Assembly: GCA_012518185.1 (NCBI GenBank)
Contig: JAAYTA010000102.1
Span: 3,955-67,954 of the forward strand
DNA: 64,000 bases
Direction of reading: 5' to 3'
Origin: Methanobacteriota archaeon
Lineage (GTDB): Archaea > Thermoplasmatota > Thermoplasmata > Methanomassiliicoccales > Methanomassiliicoccaceae
Under the pieces are notes generated by a model. That model was not told where the DNA came from, ran no database searches, and saw nothing but the letters and a program-made list of their open reading frames with translations. A program made the position numbers and the translations under genes. This document shows, piece by piece, positions 1 to 9,559 of this stretch. The stretch's first letter is position 1. Every line of letters begins with the position of its first letter.

Positions 1-131
1 AATGCTTCTAAGAATTCAAGTTCAAGTCCTCCTCCAGACATGGGATATCCATAATATCCCTTATTATAAATTTGACTGGCCTCTGTAGGATCTCTAATAA
101 TAACGCAATCTTTGGCCAGCTCTCCAGGCAT
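1..131 (-). CDS. endA: tRNA-intron (splicing) endonuclease, 5' part; runs off the window edge
   Basis: Manual translation of the minus strand from ATG at 131 gives MPGELAKDCVIIRDPTEASQIYNKGYYGYPMSGGGLELEFLEA, which resembles the N-terminus of euryarchaeal EndA (..YxxGxYG..L.L...EA). Not in the ORF track because it is truncated. Confidence 0.7.
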   Translation of the reverse strand, partial: MPGELAKDCVIIRDPTEASQIYNKGYYGYPMSGGGLELEFLEA

Positions 132-212
132 GATTCAGTCAGAACGCCCTAATAGTTTATACTTTTCCACATGCGAGCCTTTATTTATTTGATTTTACCT
201 AGTAAGTATGTT

Positions 213-229
213 TACAACTTTAAGTTAAT
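213..229. promoter_or_regulatory. Putative Phr/HSR1-type heat-shock operator upstream of the regulator gene
   Basis: TACAAC-TTTAA-GTTAAT, 15 bp before the ATG at 244. Same half-site and N5 spacing as the perfect site at 1214-1230. Confidence 0.55.
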
Positions 230-243
230 AAGATGGTGAAGAC

Positions 244-870
244 ATGGTAAAGTTGGATGAACTCCTTTCTATCATAGAGAATCCCGCTCGCCGCCGCATA
301 CTTGAGGCATTAGCAAGAGAGCCTCATTATCCATTGCAATTATCTAGGGAGTTAGGAATAAGTCAACAAGCAGTGATGAAGCATCTTAAGGTGCTTGAGC
401 AGTATAAACTCGTACGCTCGTATCATGAAAAGAGTGATCTAGGAGGCCCTAGACGAAGGCAGTTCTACCCTGCACTCAATTTTACGATAGTGGTCGATGC
501 TAGTCCTAACATGTTCACAACAGAAGTACATTATCGTGAAGAAAATAGAGTATTTATTCCAAAGAACAGAGAGATAGAAGATCTCAGTACTAATAACAGA
601 ATATTAGAATTACGTAGAGAGATTGCCGGTATCGAAGAGAAGCTCGATGATCTTTACAGGCAAAGAGAGGCGCTTATACTTGATAAGGAGTCTGTGCTTG
701 AAGAGGCGAGAAGCCTTGCTGAAAATCTAGATGATTATCAGTTGCGTCGCATATTGTATGAATTTATAAGCAGGCCTGAATTAGATTTAAAGGGAATTGC
801 TAAAGCATTGGATATGAGAGATGAAGTCGTCGCTAATGCTCTTGATGAATGGCTAAATTGGGGGAGGTGA
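244..870 (+). CDS. ArsR-family winged-HTH heat-shock repressor (Phr/HSR1-like)
   Basis: N-terminal ArsR wHTH (NPARRRIL..LSRELGISQQAVMKHLKVLE), C-terminal coiled coil, located upstream of cdc48 and hsp20. Confidence 0.8.
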   Translation: MVKLDELLSIIENPARRRILEALAREPHYPLQLSRELGISQQAVMKHLKVLEQYKLVRSYHEKSDLGGPRRRQFYPALNFTIVVDASPNMFTTEVHYREENRVFIPKNREIEDLSTNNRILELRREIAGIEEKLDDLYRQREALILDKESVLEEARSLAENLDDYQLRRILYEFISRPELDLKGIAKALDMRDEVVANALDEWLNWGR

Positions 871-874
871 GGCC

Positions 875-1165
875 ATGGAAAATAATGGATTAGGAGATAT
901 CATAGAGAGGGGTGTGGAGCAGACAGCTAAAATAACTTCAGAGGTAAAGAATCTACTGGATCGGGCAATGAATATCGCAGAGTCCAATACTAGGCATGCA
1001 TGCGAAGAAGTCTCTAGGGAGGCAGTGTCCCATTTCTATGATATTAAGAAGTTTACTCAGGAGATCCTAAGAGACATGAGAGATGATGTTCCTCACATAA
1101 GAAGAGAGTTCAGATCTATAGAGTATAGAGCCATGCGAAAATTACGAAAGTTGATGAATAAATGA
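875..1165 (+). CDS. Hypothetical helical protein, 96 aa
   Basis: Starts 4 bp after the regulator stop, with GAGGTGA as RBS. No motif recognised. Confidence 0.65.
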   Translation: MENNGLGDIIERGVEQTAKITSEVKNLLDRAMNIAESNTRHACEEVSREAVSHFYDIKKFTQEILRDMRDDVPHIRREFRSIEYRAMRKLRKLMNK

Positions 1166-1187
1166 TAGTTAATTTTATATAGAAGAG

Positions 1188-1230
1188 CAAACAATAGGCC
1201 TGTTTGATAAGTATACAACTAAGCGTTGTA
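1188..1230. promoter_or_regulatory. Tandem inverted-repeat operators downstream of a TATA-like box
   Basis: CAAACA-N7-TGTTTG at 1188-1206 and perfect TACAAC-N5-GTTGTA at 1214-1230. TTTTATAT lies at about 1173-1180. Confidence 0.65.
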
Positions 1231-1253
1231 AACAACAAACATAAGGAGAGAAG

Positions 1254-1400
1254 ATGACACCTAAATTCCCAGATAAGGAAAGAATCCCGGTGCCTCGTAA
1301 ACGGTGGAGACCGTTCGAGCAGAGTCAGAACGTAGAAGCTATGAATAATATGGAGCTAGAGCAGTTTCAGTATCCCACATGCACGTGGGGCGTACATTAA
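1254..1400 (+). CDS. Small ORF, 48 aa (MTPKFPDKERIPVPRKRWRPFEQSQNVEAMNNMELEQFQYPTCTWGVH)
   Basis: Found by hand, below the ORF-track cutoff. AGGAG RBS just upstream; lies between the operator and cdc48. Confidence 0.5.
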   Translation: MTPKFPDKERIPVPRKRWRPFEQSQNVEAMNNMELEQFQYPTCTWGVH

Positions 1401-1431
1401 ATAAACGCACTGCTCAAGAAAGAGTTACGGA

Positions 1432-3621
1432 GTGATGGGTATGGATACGTCAGAAAAAGTATTGAAGGTGGCCGAGGCCAAGTCCAAGGATGCCGAGCGA
1501 GGCATCGCCCGTGTAGATCCTGCAGTTATGGATATTCTCGAAATCACAGCAGGCGATGTTATTCAGATTGAGGGAAAAAAGAGAACAGTGGCTATCGTCT
1601 GGCCTGGTTATCCTGAGGATGCCAATAGAGGCGTCATAAGGATAGATGGTACCATAAGACGTAATGCCCAATCCAGTATTGATGAAAAGGTAGCCATACG
1701 CAAAGTACCAGTAAAGGAAGCTAGAAAGATCACCTTTGCACCTACTGAACCGCTTCGCATAATGGGTGGAGAGGAATTTCTTAGCCAGAGTCTCGAAGGC
1801 CGTGCTGTGACTCGTGGTGACGTTATTCAGATTAATGTTATGGGACGGAAGATCGACCTTGTAGTAGTTTCCTACACACCTTCATCAGATGCCGTACTTG
1901 TGCATCGTACTACTGAAGTGAAGATAAGTGAGAAACCCGTTAAAGAGGGAGTTACAAACATCCCAAAAGTCACATACGAAGATATCGGAGGGTTAGGAGA
2001 CGAGGTAAAACGTGTCCGTGAAATGATTGAACTACCTCTCCGGCATCCTGAATTATTTGAAAGATTGGGAGTGGAAGCACCTAAGGGCGTGCTACTACAT
2101 GGGCCACCCGGGACTGGTAAAACACTGCTGGCTAAAGCAGTAGCAGGAGAAACAAATGCCAATTTCGTAACTATTGGCGGCCCTGAGATAATGAGTAAGT
2201 TCTATGGAGAATCAGAAGAACGGCTCAGAGATATATTCAAACAGGCTCAAGAGAACGCTCCTAGCATTATATTCATCGATGAAATCGATTCCATCGCACC
2301 TAAGCGAGAAGAGGTCACTGGTGAAACTGAAAGAAGAGTCGTTGCTCAACTCCTATCATTGATGGATGGCCTTGAGCCACGAGTAAAGGTGGTAGTCATA
2401 GGAGCGACGAATAGGCCAAATGCTCTTGATCCAGCACTACGCCGCCCAGGTCGTTTTGATCGAGAGATCGAGATAAGCCCTCCCCACCGTGATGGGCGCC
2501 TAGAGATACTTCAAATCCATACTCGTGGAATGCCACTTGAAAAGGACGTGGATCTTGACCATCTTGCCGACTTGACACACGGCTTCGTAGGAGCGGATCT
2601 TTCTGCATTGACTAGAGAAGCTGCTATGCATTCCCTTCGAAGAGTCATTCCAGATTTAGATCTCGATATGGAACAGATCCCTATGGAGGTGTTGCTGAGT
2701 ATTACTGTGAAGAGGAATGATTTCCGAGATGCTCTTAGAGAGATGCAGCCCTCGTCCTTGCGTGAAGTATTCGTAGAATCTCCTAACGTTAGCTGGGATG
2801 AAGTTGGAGGCCTAGTAGACGCAAAAAGAGAATTGCAGGAAGCAGTAGAGTGGCCTCTAAAGTACGGTACAGTACTGGAAAATTTAGGCGCCGAATCACC
2901 AAAGGGCGTGCTACTATATGGACCACCTGGAACTGGTAAAACACTGCTGGCTAAAGCAGTAGCTACTGAATCGCAATCTAACTTCATCAACGTCAAAGGG
3001 CCAGAGTTCCTCAGTAAATGGGTAGGTGAGTCAGAGAAGGCTGTAAGAGAAACTTTCCGCAAGGCTCGCCAGGCTGCACCATGCATTATCTTCATGGACG
3101 AGATTGATGCAGTAGTTCCTATGAGGGGAGGAGATGGCGACTCTCGAGTCACAGAAAGAGTAGTATCTCAGATGCTTACTGAAATTGATGGATTGCAGAG
3201 TCTGCATAATGTAGTGGTAATTGCTGCCACAAATAGACCAGATATGATCGATCCAGCATTGCTACGTCCGGGCAGATTCGATCGATTGGTCAAGATACCA
3301 TCTCCCGATCTGGAGGGACGTAAGCAGATCCTTAAGATCCATACTGCTAATAAGCCCTTAGCTGACGATGTAAATATAGATGAGTTGGCCAAGAAAGCAG
3401 ATGGATATAGTGGGGCTGATTTGGCTGCACTAGCTAATGAAGCAGTGATGTTAACCATACGTAAGATGGTTGCACAGGGTGAGACTGATTTAGAAAAGAT
3501 GTCAGAACAGCGAATAGATATGGCCGCCTTCACTGAGGCATTAAGTAAGGTTAAGCCTGTGAGTAGGACTGACCTCGGCAGATTCGAGAGGGTGGCTGAA
3601 GACTATGTTTATGTGAGGTGA
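1432..3621 (+). CDS. cdc48: CDC48/VAT AAA+ ATPase
   Basis: N-terminal double-psi barrel domain plus two AAA modules (GPPGTGKT x2, FIDEID/FMDEID, RPGRFDR x2). Confidence 0.96.
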   Translation: MMGMDTSEKVLKVAEAKSKDAERGIARVDPAVMDILEITAGDVIQIEGKKRTVAIVWPGYPEDANRGVIRIDGTIRRNAQSSIDEKVAIRKVPVKEARKITFAPTEPLRIMGGEEFLSQSLEGRAVTRGDVIQINVMGRKIDLVVVSYTPSSDAVLVHRTTEVKISEKPVKEGVTNIPKVTYEDIGGLGDEVKRVREMIELPLRHPELFERLGVEAPKGVLLHGPPGTGKTLLAKAVAGETNANFVTIGGPEIMSKFYGESEERLRDIFKQAQENAPSIIFIDEIDSIAPKREEVTGETERRVVAQLLSLMDGLEPRVKVVVIGATNRPNALDPALRRPGRFDREIEISPPHRDGRLEILQIHTRGMPLEKDVDLDHLADLTHGFVGADLSALTREAAMHSLRRVIPDLDLDMEQIPMEVLLSITVKRNDFRDALREMQPSSLREVFVESPNVSWDEVGGLVDAKRELQEAVEWPLKYGTVLENLGAESPKGVLLYGPPGTGKTLLAKAVATESQSNFINVKGPEFLSKWVGESEKAVRETFRKARQAAPCIIFMDEIDAVVPMRGGDGDSRVTERVVSQMLTEIDGLQSLHNVVVIAATNRPDMIDPALLRPGRFDRLVKIPSPDLEGRKQILKIHTANKPLADDVNIDELAKKADGYSGADLAALANEAVMLTIRKMVAQGETDLEKMSEQRIDMAAFTEALSKVKPVSRTDLGRFERVAEDYVYVR

Positions 3622-3626
3622 TAAAA

Positions 3627-4157
3627 ATGGCAAATGATAGAAGAGGTCGTAGAAGAGATCCCTGGGATGATATGTTTGGTTCCTTCGATAAGGAATTCGA
3701 AGATATGCGTAGAAGGATGGATATGCTGATGGAGAACTTCCTTAGCGGAAGTTTTGAAGAAATTGGGCAGCCCATGATCTATGGCTTTTCCATGCGCGTA
3801 GGTCCAGATGGGAAACCACGCATCCAACAATTTGGAAATACTACGCCACCTCAGGCGCAAGAAGTAGCGGGTCAAAGAGAGCCATTAACAGACATCATCG
3901 AAGAGGAAGATGCCGTTAGAGTTATAGTTGAACTCCCAGGCGTCGATAAGGATGATATTCAACTGAGAGTTGAAGACTATCTTCTAGACATTGAAGTTGA
4001 TCGAGAAGATAGAAAGTTCTACAAGCAATTAGAACTACCTTGCCCTGTCGATCCAGAAAATGCTGAGGCGACCTATAAAAACGGTGTGCTTGAGATCATC
4101 CTCAAACGCATCGAGCCTAATAAACGAGGCTTCTCCATCAAGATTGATGGAAAATAA
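3627..4157 (+). CDS. hsp20: Small heat-shock protein, Hsp20 family
   Basis: Alpha-crystallin domain (VIVELPGVDKDDI...ATYKNGVLEI) and C-terminal I-x-I motif. ATG 3627 follows GAGGTGA. Confidence 0.93.
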   Translation: MANDRRGRRRDPWDDMFGSFDKEFEDMRRRMDMLMENFLSGSFEEIGQPMIYGFSMRVGPDGKPRIQQFGNTTPPQAQEVAGQREPLTDIIEEEDAVRVIVELPGVDKDDIQLRVEDYLLDIEVDREDRKFYKQLELPCPVDPENAEATYKNGVLEIILKRIEPNKRGFSIKIDGK

Positions 4158-4168
4158 GAAACTTATTC

Positions 4169-4188
4169 AGGAGCTCTTACGAGTTCCT
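4169..4188 (+). terminator. Possible terminator hairpin after hsp20
   Basis: AGGAGCTC-TTAC-GAGTTCCT, an 8-bp stem followed by a T-rich tract. Confidence 0.4.
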
Positions 4189-4338
4189 ATCTCAATTATT
4201 TTTATTCTGATTGATTCTATCAATATGGTCACTATTGACTCTGAATCACCTATAATCGCAGATAAATAGTAAATTATACGATTCTGATCGATTCTAGGCG
4301 AAGAACATTCATATAGCCTTGCAGAATTATTATGAGAT

Positions 4339-5307
4339 GTGCGTAGAGATGAGTTAATCGAGGCGGCTCGTATAATACTGGCTCGATCAGGATTCTATGT
4401 TTCCAAACCACTCAATATGCGAGGTATAGGGTTTGATATAATAGCACGCCTAGACGACCGTCTCTTAATCATAAAAATTCTCATCAATGTCGATGCACTT
4501 TCTAAAGAAAATGCCGATGAGATGAGTACATTGGCTGAGGCGCTTGGAGCATCCGCTTTGCTCATCGGTGAGCGTTCTGGTTCTGGCGAGATAGAAGAAA
4601 GTATCGTCTATTCACGATTTGGAATTCCCATAATCTCATTGAGAACATTATCTGATCATCTTTTGGAAGGCGTACCACCATTCATATTTGCAGCGCCAGG
4701 CGGCCTATATGTGAAACTTGATAGTGATCAGTTAAGAAAAGCACGTGAAGAGCGTAGTATATCTCTGGGTACCCTGGCTGATGTGGCCGGAGTATCACGT
4801 CGTACCATACAGATGTATGAGAGTGGAATGGGTGCCATGATAGATGTGGCAATAAGATTAGAAGAGTTTCTCAACACTCCCATTGTCACTGCTGTGGATC
4901 CATTTACTCCACCTGCACCTCGAGGGAAGGAGAGAGTAGATCGGATTATTAATCCAGATATTGGATTATTCGGTCAAGAAGTTTTTGATACATTACAACG
5001 TCTCGGATTCTCAATACAACCTACCGCTCGATGTCCCTTTGAAGCACTGTCTAAAGACGATCATGTTGTAATGTTAACGGGATTGGGCACTGATGAGAGT
5101 AGGTTGGTGGAAAAGGCTAGAGTCGTATGTGATATCGCTCGTATTGCCGAGAGATGTTCAGTTATAATTATTGAGCGTTCCTCCTCAAGGACCAACATAG
5201 GAGGAATGGCTATTGTAGGAAGGGACGAGTTGAGTAGACTCGATGAGACGGATCGTCTTTACGATCTGATATTTGAGCGGAGCGAAGATGATAAAGGTAA
5301 AAGCTAA
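4339..5307 (+). CDS. Archaeal transcriptional regulator with central Cro/C1 HTH (COG1395-like)
   Basis: LRKAREERSISLGTLADVAGVSRRTIQMYESG HTH flanked by PD-(D/E)xK-like domains. Confidence 0.85.
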   Translation: MRRDELIEAARIILARSGFYVSKPLNMRGIGFDIIARLDDRLLIIKILINVDALSKENADEMSTLAEALGASALLIGERSGSGEIEESIVYSRFGIPIISLRTLSDHLLEGVPPFIFAAPGGLYVKLDSDQLRKAREERSISLGTLADVAGVSRRTIQMYESGMGAMIDVAIRLEEFLNTPIVTAVDPFTPPAPRGKERVDRIINPDIGLFGQEVFDTLQRLGFSIQPTARCPFEALSKDDHVVMLTGLGTDESRLVEKARVVCDIARIAERCSVIIIERSSSRTNIGGMAIVGRDELSRLDETDRLYDLIFERSEDDKGKS

Positions 5308-5962
5308 CGGCTCTGATATCGCTATACTACCTGCTATCAAAGGCCTTGTATCGGAAGGAGACATCATCGCTAAGGCAATATGTGATATCATGCCAGATGC
5401 AGTTGGCATCTCAGTCTCTAGAGAAGAGTTGGAAGCACTTAATGATAAAAGTGTGTACGATAATTATGAGATGAGTGTGCTTGAAGAAGTATATGCAAAT
5501 AATCTCTCTACATTCGGTGAGATTGAATTGCCTGCGCCTTGCTACGTCAGTGCAATAGATACGTGCAAGGTGCAGGGTATATCAGTAATACCTTTAGACA
5601 TAAATGATATAGATTATACTGAAATATATTGTCAGAGGATCAAAGCAGGCGATATGATGCGCGATGCATTCTTTACGCGCCGTGCAAATCGGAAAAAATT
5701 TGATCTTAGTTCTCCAATGGCGTTCGCATTAGATTGGGACCGAACGGTAAATAAGAGCAGGGGATTCCGTAGACTTCAGCAGGATCGAGAAGAGCATATG
5801 GCTGCCTCCTTACACAATATGAGCCGACTACATCAGCGTATTCTTGCAATAGTAGAAATAGAAAGGGCTAGAGGAGTTAAGGATGCCTTATCTCGAAGTA
5901 TGTCTGATAAAGTATCTTATCAGGTATCAGATTCTACTCCTATCGAGTGTAGCCATCCATAG
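5288..5962 (+). CDS. Hypothetical protein
   Basis: Long ORF overlapping the regulator's 3' end. Start moved from the track's 5273 to ATG 5288. Confidence 0.7.
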   Translation: MIKVKANGSDIAILPAIKGLVSEGDIIAKAICDIMPDAVGISVSREELEALNDKSVYDNYEMSVLEEVYANNLSTFGEIELPAPCYVSAIDTCKVQGISVIPLDINDIDYTEIYCQRIKAGDMMRDAFFTRRANRKKFDLSSPMAFALDWDRTVNKSRGFRRLQQDREEHMAASLHNMSRLHQRILAIVEIERARGVKDALSRSMSDKVSYQVSDSTPIECSHP

Positions 5963-5967
5963 ATAGA

Positions 5968-6468
5968 CTAATAGAAATCGGCCTCCCATATAATTATATT
6001 AGTCTTAGTATCGATTATCATTACACTTACAGGAACAGACTTATCTGTATCATTTAAACTATGCTTCCACACTTCTCCGATGTTCCATACGCCGTGCGTC
6101 TTATCAGCTGAGGAAAGGCCCTCCTCTATTTTGCACAACTCATATTTTTCTCCGACATGTAGATGTATATCAGTTCGATAATTTTCAAGTGGATAGCCTC
6201 CTCTATGAATTATTTCGATTGATGCCCCATCATCCTCTACTATGATATTCCCTATGAAAGATGCATAAATATTATCCGGAGGGACATCCATTGAATGTAC
6301 AAATATTATAATGCCAGAGAATAGAGCGACTGTTATTACCAGTATCAACAGACTACCAATAACCTCTGATACGGCACCGCGATCTATTCGTAGTATATGA
6401 CTACTGGAAGACCTTGATCCTATCACATTACTCTTAATGTCTTTTTTAACACTTAAAAGATTAATCAT
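5968..6468 (-). CDS. Archaeal type IV pilin-like protein (DUF1628-type N-terminus), possibly truncated
   Basis: Class III signal peptide RGA|VSEVIGSLLILVITVALF followed by an I.I.HRGG motif. Start is uncertain. Confidence 0.7.
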   Translation of the reverse strand: MINLLSVKKDIKSNVIGSRSSSSHILRIDRGAVSEVIGSLLILVITVALFSGIIIFVHSMDVPPDNIYASFIGNIIVEDDGASIEIIHRGGYPLENYRTDIHLHVGEKYELCKIEEGLSSADKTHGVWNIGEVWKHSLNDTDKSVPVSVMIIDTKTNIIIWEADFY

Positions 6469-6584
6469 ATCTTTATAGGTCCTTTTGAGGCTATCTAGGC
6501 CATATGAGTTCAGGCATATAATTACCCATATGTATCGATAAAATGATATGTTGATTTGCTTCATAGACTAGGTGAATATTATCT

Positions 6585-7148
6585 ATGATTGGCCCTGTGT
6601 ATGCGATGATGTTAGAGATCGAGATCAAATCACCTATCGCTGATCCAGATGAGATAAGAAATAAATTAGTTATCTTGGGTGCCACTCATATAAAAAATGT
6701 ACATCAGCGTGACTCTTATTTTTCTCATCCTTGCCGCGACTTTGGTATTACAGATGAAGCATTGCGCATACGCCAGCAAGAAGGTAATGAGACTCTCTAT
6801 TACAAAGGACCCAAAATAGATTTAGAAACTAAGGCTAGAGAGGAGATAGCTTTACCATTAACTAATGGAGAAGTCATGAGGACTATCTTACAACGGATTG
6901 GCTTCATTGAAGTGATCAGTATCGAGAAGGATCGGTACATTTACCAATTGAATAATGTGGAAGTTGCACTGGATTATATTGAGGATCTAGGAAATTTCGT
7001 GGAGTTAGAGATACGGGATGAAGATATAGAAAAGGGGAAGAATATGATTAAGGAGGTTATGAAATCTCTTGGTCTCGAAATTAGTGAGCGCCGTTCCTAT
7101 CTAGAATTATTGATGGAAAGGGCTAGAGATCAGGTAGCTTCTCAATAA
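6585..7148 (+). CDS. cyaB: CYTH-domain protein (class IV adenylate cyclase family)
   Basis: EIEIK motif, QRDSYF, ALRIR, KGPK, REE, KDR and FVELE motifs. Confidence 0.9.
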   Translation: MIGPVYAMMLEIEIKSPIADPDEIRNKLVILGATHIKNVHQRDSYFSHPCRDFGITDEALRIRQQEGNETLYYKGPKIDLETKAREEIALPLTNGEVMRTILQRIGFIEVISIEKDRYIYQLNNVEVALDYIEDLGNFVELEIRDEDIEKGKNMIKEVMKSLGLEISERRSYLELLMERARDQVASQ

Positions 7149-7377
7149 TGAATTCCATGATCTCTTCATCATCGGGGATAGTGATTGTATTTTTATAACG
7201 TTCTGAGCCATCTCTAAGCGTATATCCGCGGCTTATGGACAAGAATTCCGTCGCACCATCCTCACTAATCGCTCTCTTACGTGCTACCTCTAGAAAATTA
7301 TTCTTCCCAAAGGCGATTCTCTCTGAAGCAACTGTCTCAAACTCCACTTTTCGGCTGGCTCCTTTGTCTCGTTCCAT
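7123..7377 (-). CDS. Hypothetical protein, 84 aa
   Basis: Fills the gap between cyaB and the next gene with protein-like composition. Convergent overlap with cyaB. Confidence 0.65.
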   Translation of the reverse strand: MERDKGASRKVEFETVASERIAFGKNNFLEVARKRAISEDGATEFLSISRGYTLRDGSERYKNTITIPDDEEIMEFIIEKLPDL

Positions 7378-7475
7378 ATATATGCCTCGTACCTCTCAAG
7401 ATGATAGGGGATTAAACACTTTGCTCATATACAAGCTTCGACACATAGAAATAGATGACTAGACTTTAAAAGCAC

Positions 7476-8834
7476 ATGACCCAGGATGGGCCTACACAGA
7501 GTCCTTCATCTGATAAGATATGTTGGTCATGCGGTTTTGCCAACCCTGACTACTATAATTTCTGCTCCAATTGTGGCTCACCTCTAATGGTACCACCACC
7601 TTATCAGCCTGAAAAACAGACAACCATTCGCAATATTGGTCGTCTTATGGGCGCATACAGTACTATTCCACTGCTAATTATCATGGTTGTTAACGTGGTG
7701 ATTACACTATGGGCAATCGGACTCGTATATCCTAATATGGATCTATACTTGCATCCTCTTTACATTGTTACGCCGTGGCTAGTCACATTCGCAAAGCTAG
7801 GCGGTTGGTCGTTCTTGTTTTACTACATTTTCCTTGCGATAGCTATCTCTGCATCCTTCTTTTGGATGATGTGGAAAAGTATAGAGCCATTAGAGAGAGA
7901 GCTGAAAGGAGAGCCTGTAAAAGAGCATAGTCCATTATTCATCATTGGAACTCTTTTCATGGCCATTCTAGCATTCAACATATTATTCTATGCAATTGTA
8001 TCAGCTTTAGGATCTGCACCATCTATTCCAGATCTGGAGTCGCCAGCATTATGGGAAATTATATACGGTTTCGCTAATGCTTCAGTATGGGAGGAAGTCG
8101 TAACAAGGATATTGCTCATCGGAATTCCTCTATTTTCTATCGATTCCATTAGAAGAGCAAAGGCTCCAGAACTCAACGAACGGAAGCTGAGGCAATACAT
8201 CTTGGGCGGTGGATTAGATATTGGAAAGGTAGAGGCAAGTCTACTAGTGTTTTCCTCAATCATGTTTGGTATTGCCCACGTATGGTCTTGGGATTTGTGG
8301 AAAATTATTCCTGCCTTTGCTGCTGGCCTTGCATTTGGATACTTATTCCTTAAATTAGGAGTGTATGCTTCGATCGTATTGCACTTCGCATTTGATTTTC
8401 TAAGCGTGCCCTTAGCAGTATGGCCTGAGAGTCTGACTCTAGTACTAATTATAGGATTGATGTCACTTGTGTGGATGGCAGTAGGGATGCCATTTCTCAT
8501 ATATTATATATCAAAGGCTCTCGGATGGGTCACTGGACGTCGGATATGGCCAGATGCACCATTCCGTGCGCGCTCCTCTGCTCAGATGAACTCGCCACCG
8601 GCATATTCAAATCAAGAAGGATATCCTCCACAGCAGCCCATATATAAACAGGATTCTAACGAGACAAAATATCGCTATAATTCACAGTATCGACATGTTG
8701 CTCCCGCCGATCCAATGGCTTTTGGGTATATATGCCCTCATTGCGGCAATATGGAGGCGCGCTACGAGGATGGTAAGGTAATATGCACTAGATGCGGTCG
8801 TGATCAAAGTAGCAGCCGGCGCAGCTCCTTCTGA
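7476..8834 (+). CDS. CPBP/Abi-family intramembrane metalloprotease with terminal zinc ribbons
   Basis: WEEVVTR, FGIAH and HFAFD motifs, many TM helices, and CxxC pairs at both termini. Confidence 0.85.
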   Translation: MTQDGPTQSPSSDKICWSCGFANPDYYNFCSNCGSPLMVPPPYQPEKQTTIRNIGRLMGAYSTIPLLIIMVVNVVITLWAIGLVYPNMDLYLHPLYIVTPWLVTFAKLGGWSFLFYYIFLAIAISASFFWMMWKSIEPLERELKGEPVKEHSPLFIIGTLFMAILAFNILFYAIVSALGSAPSIPDLESPALWEIIYGFANASVWEEVVTRILLIGIPLFSIDSIRRAKAPELNERKLRQYILGGGLDIGKVEASLLVFSSIMFGIAHVWSWDLWKIIPAFAAGLAFGYLFLKLGVYASIVLHFAFDFLSVPLAVWPESLTLVLIIGLMSLVWMAVGMPFLIYYISKALGWVTGRRIWPDAPFRARSSAQMNSPPAYSNQEGYPPQQPIYKQDSNETKYRYNSQYRHVAPADPMAFGYICPHCGNMEARYEDGKVICTRCGRDQSSSRRSSF

Positions 8835-9559
8835 CTTTCAATCGCATCTTCTATTCCTTTCGACTCTATTACATAGCGTCCTGTGTAGCCAATGAGACGA
8901 TCAAGTATCTTAGGAAAATCAACCGTCCCCTTACCTATAGGAAGATGTTCATCAGTTGCTCCCATATTGTCATGTATATGGATATTTACGAATCGATCTT
9001 TTAAATCAAGAAACTCATCAATCAGGCCCATTGTGTTGGCATGACCTATGTCAAAGCATATGCTCATCTCAATGTCTTCGATTAATTCCTTTAGCGTATC
9101 AGGATCTGTGGCCATTGCAAAAGGAGATCTAGGCATGTTCTCCAGCGCAACAGTTATCCCGAGATCTCTAGATGTTGTTTCTAAGCGGCGAAGGGATAGT
9201 TTTGTGACTTCTTTCACTCGGTCGGGCATTACAAACCCAATTGGAGTCATAAATCCGGGATGGATTGTGTATATATCCATGCCCATTCTTGACGCTGCCC
9301 CCATACCTTCGAGAAGCTCTCTTATCGATGCCTCCCTCATACGAGGATTTAGAGATCCAATGTTTATATCGCTCATAGGCGAATGTGCAGAATATTCTAA
9401 TTCATACGATGGAGTCAGTTCAAGAAATTCTTTTTCTATCTCAGGCAGGGAGTGGTATCCTTCTCCTACTACTTCCCATGCCTCAAAGTCGCGCGAGATA
9501 TATTCTAATGCATCTTGAAGATCCATTATCGAAAATGCCGGTGATGATGCTGCAATCAC
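8804..9559 (-). CDS. Sugar-phosphate isomerase/epimerase (AP endonuclease 2 TIM barrel) family protein
   Basis: SAHSP..DINIGS, TIHPG, ALENM, CFDIGHA, IHIHDN.G..DEHL motifs. Confidence 0.88.
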   Translation of the reverse strand: MIAASSPAFSIMDLQDALEYISRDFEAWEVVGEGYHSLPEIEKEFLELTPSYELEYSAHSPMSDINIGSLNPRMREASIRELLEGMGAASRMGMDIYTIHPGFMTPIGFVMPDRVKEVTKLSLRRLETTSRDLGITVALENMPRSPFAMATDPDTLKELIEDIEMSICFDIGHANTMGLIDEFLDLKDRFVNIHIHDNMGATDEHLPIGKGTVDFPKILDRLIGYTGRYVIESKGIEDAIESQKELRRLLL

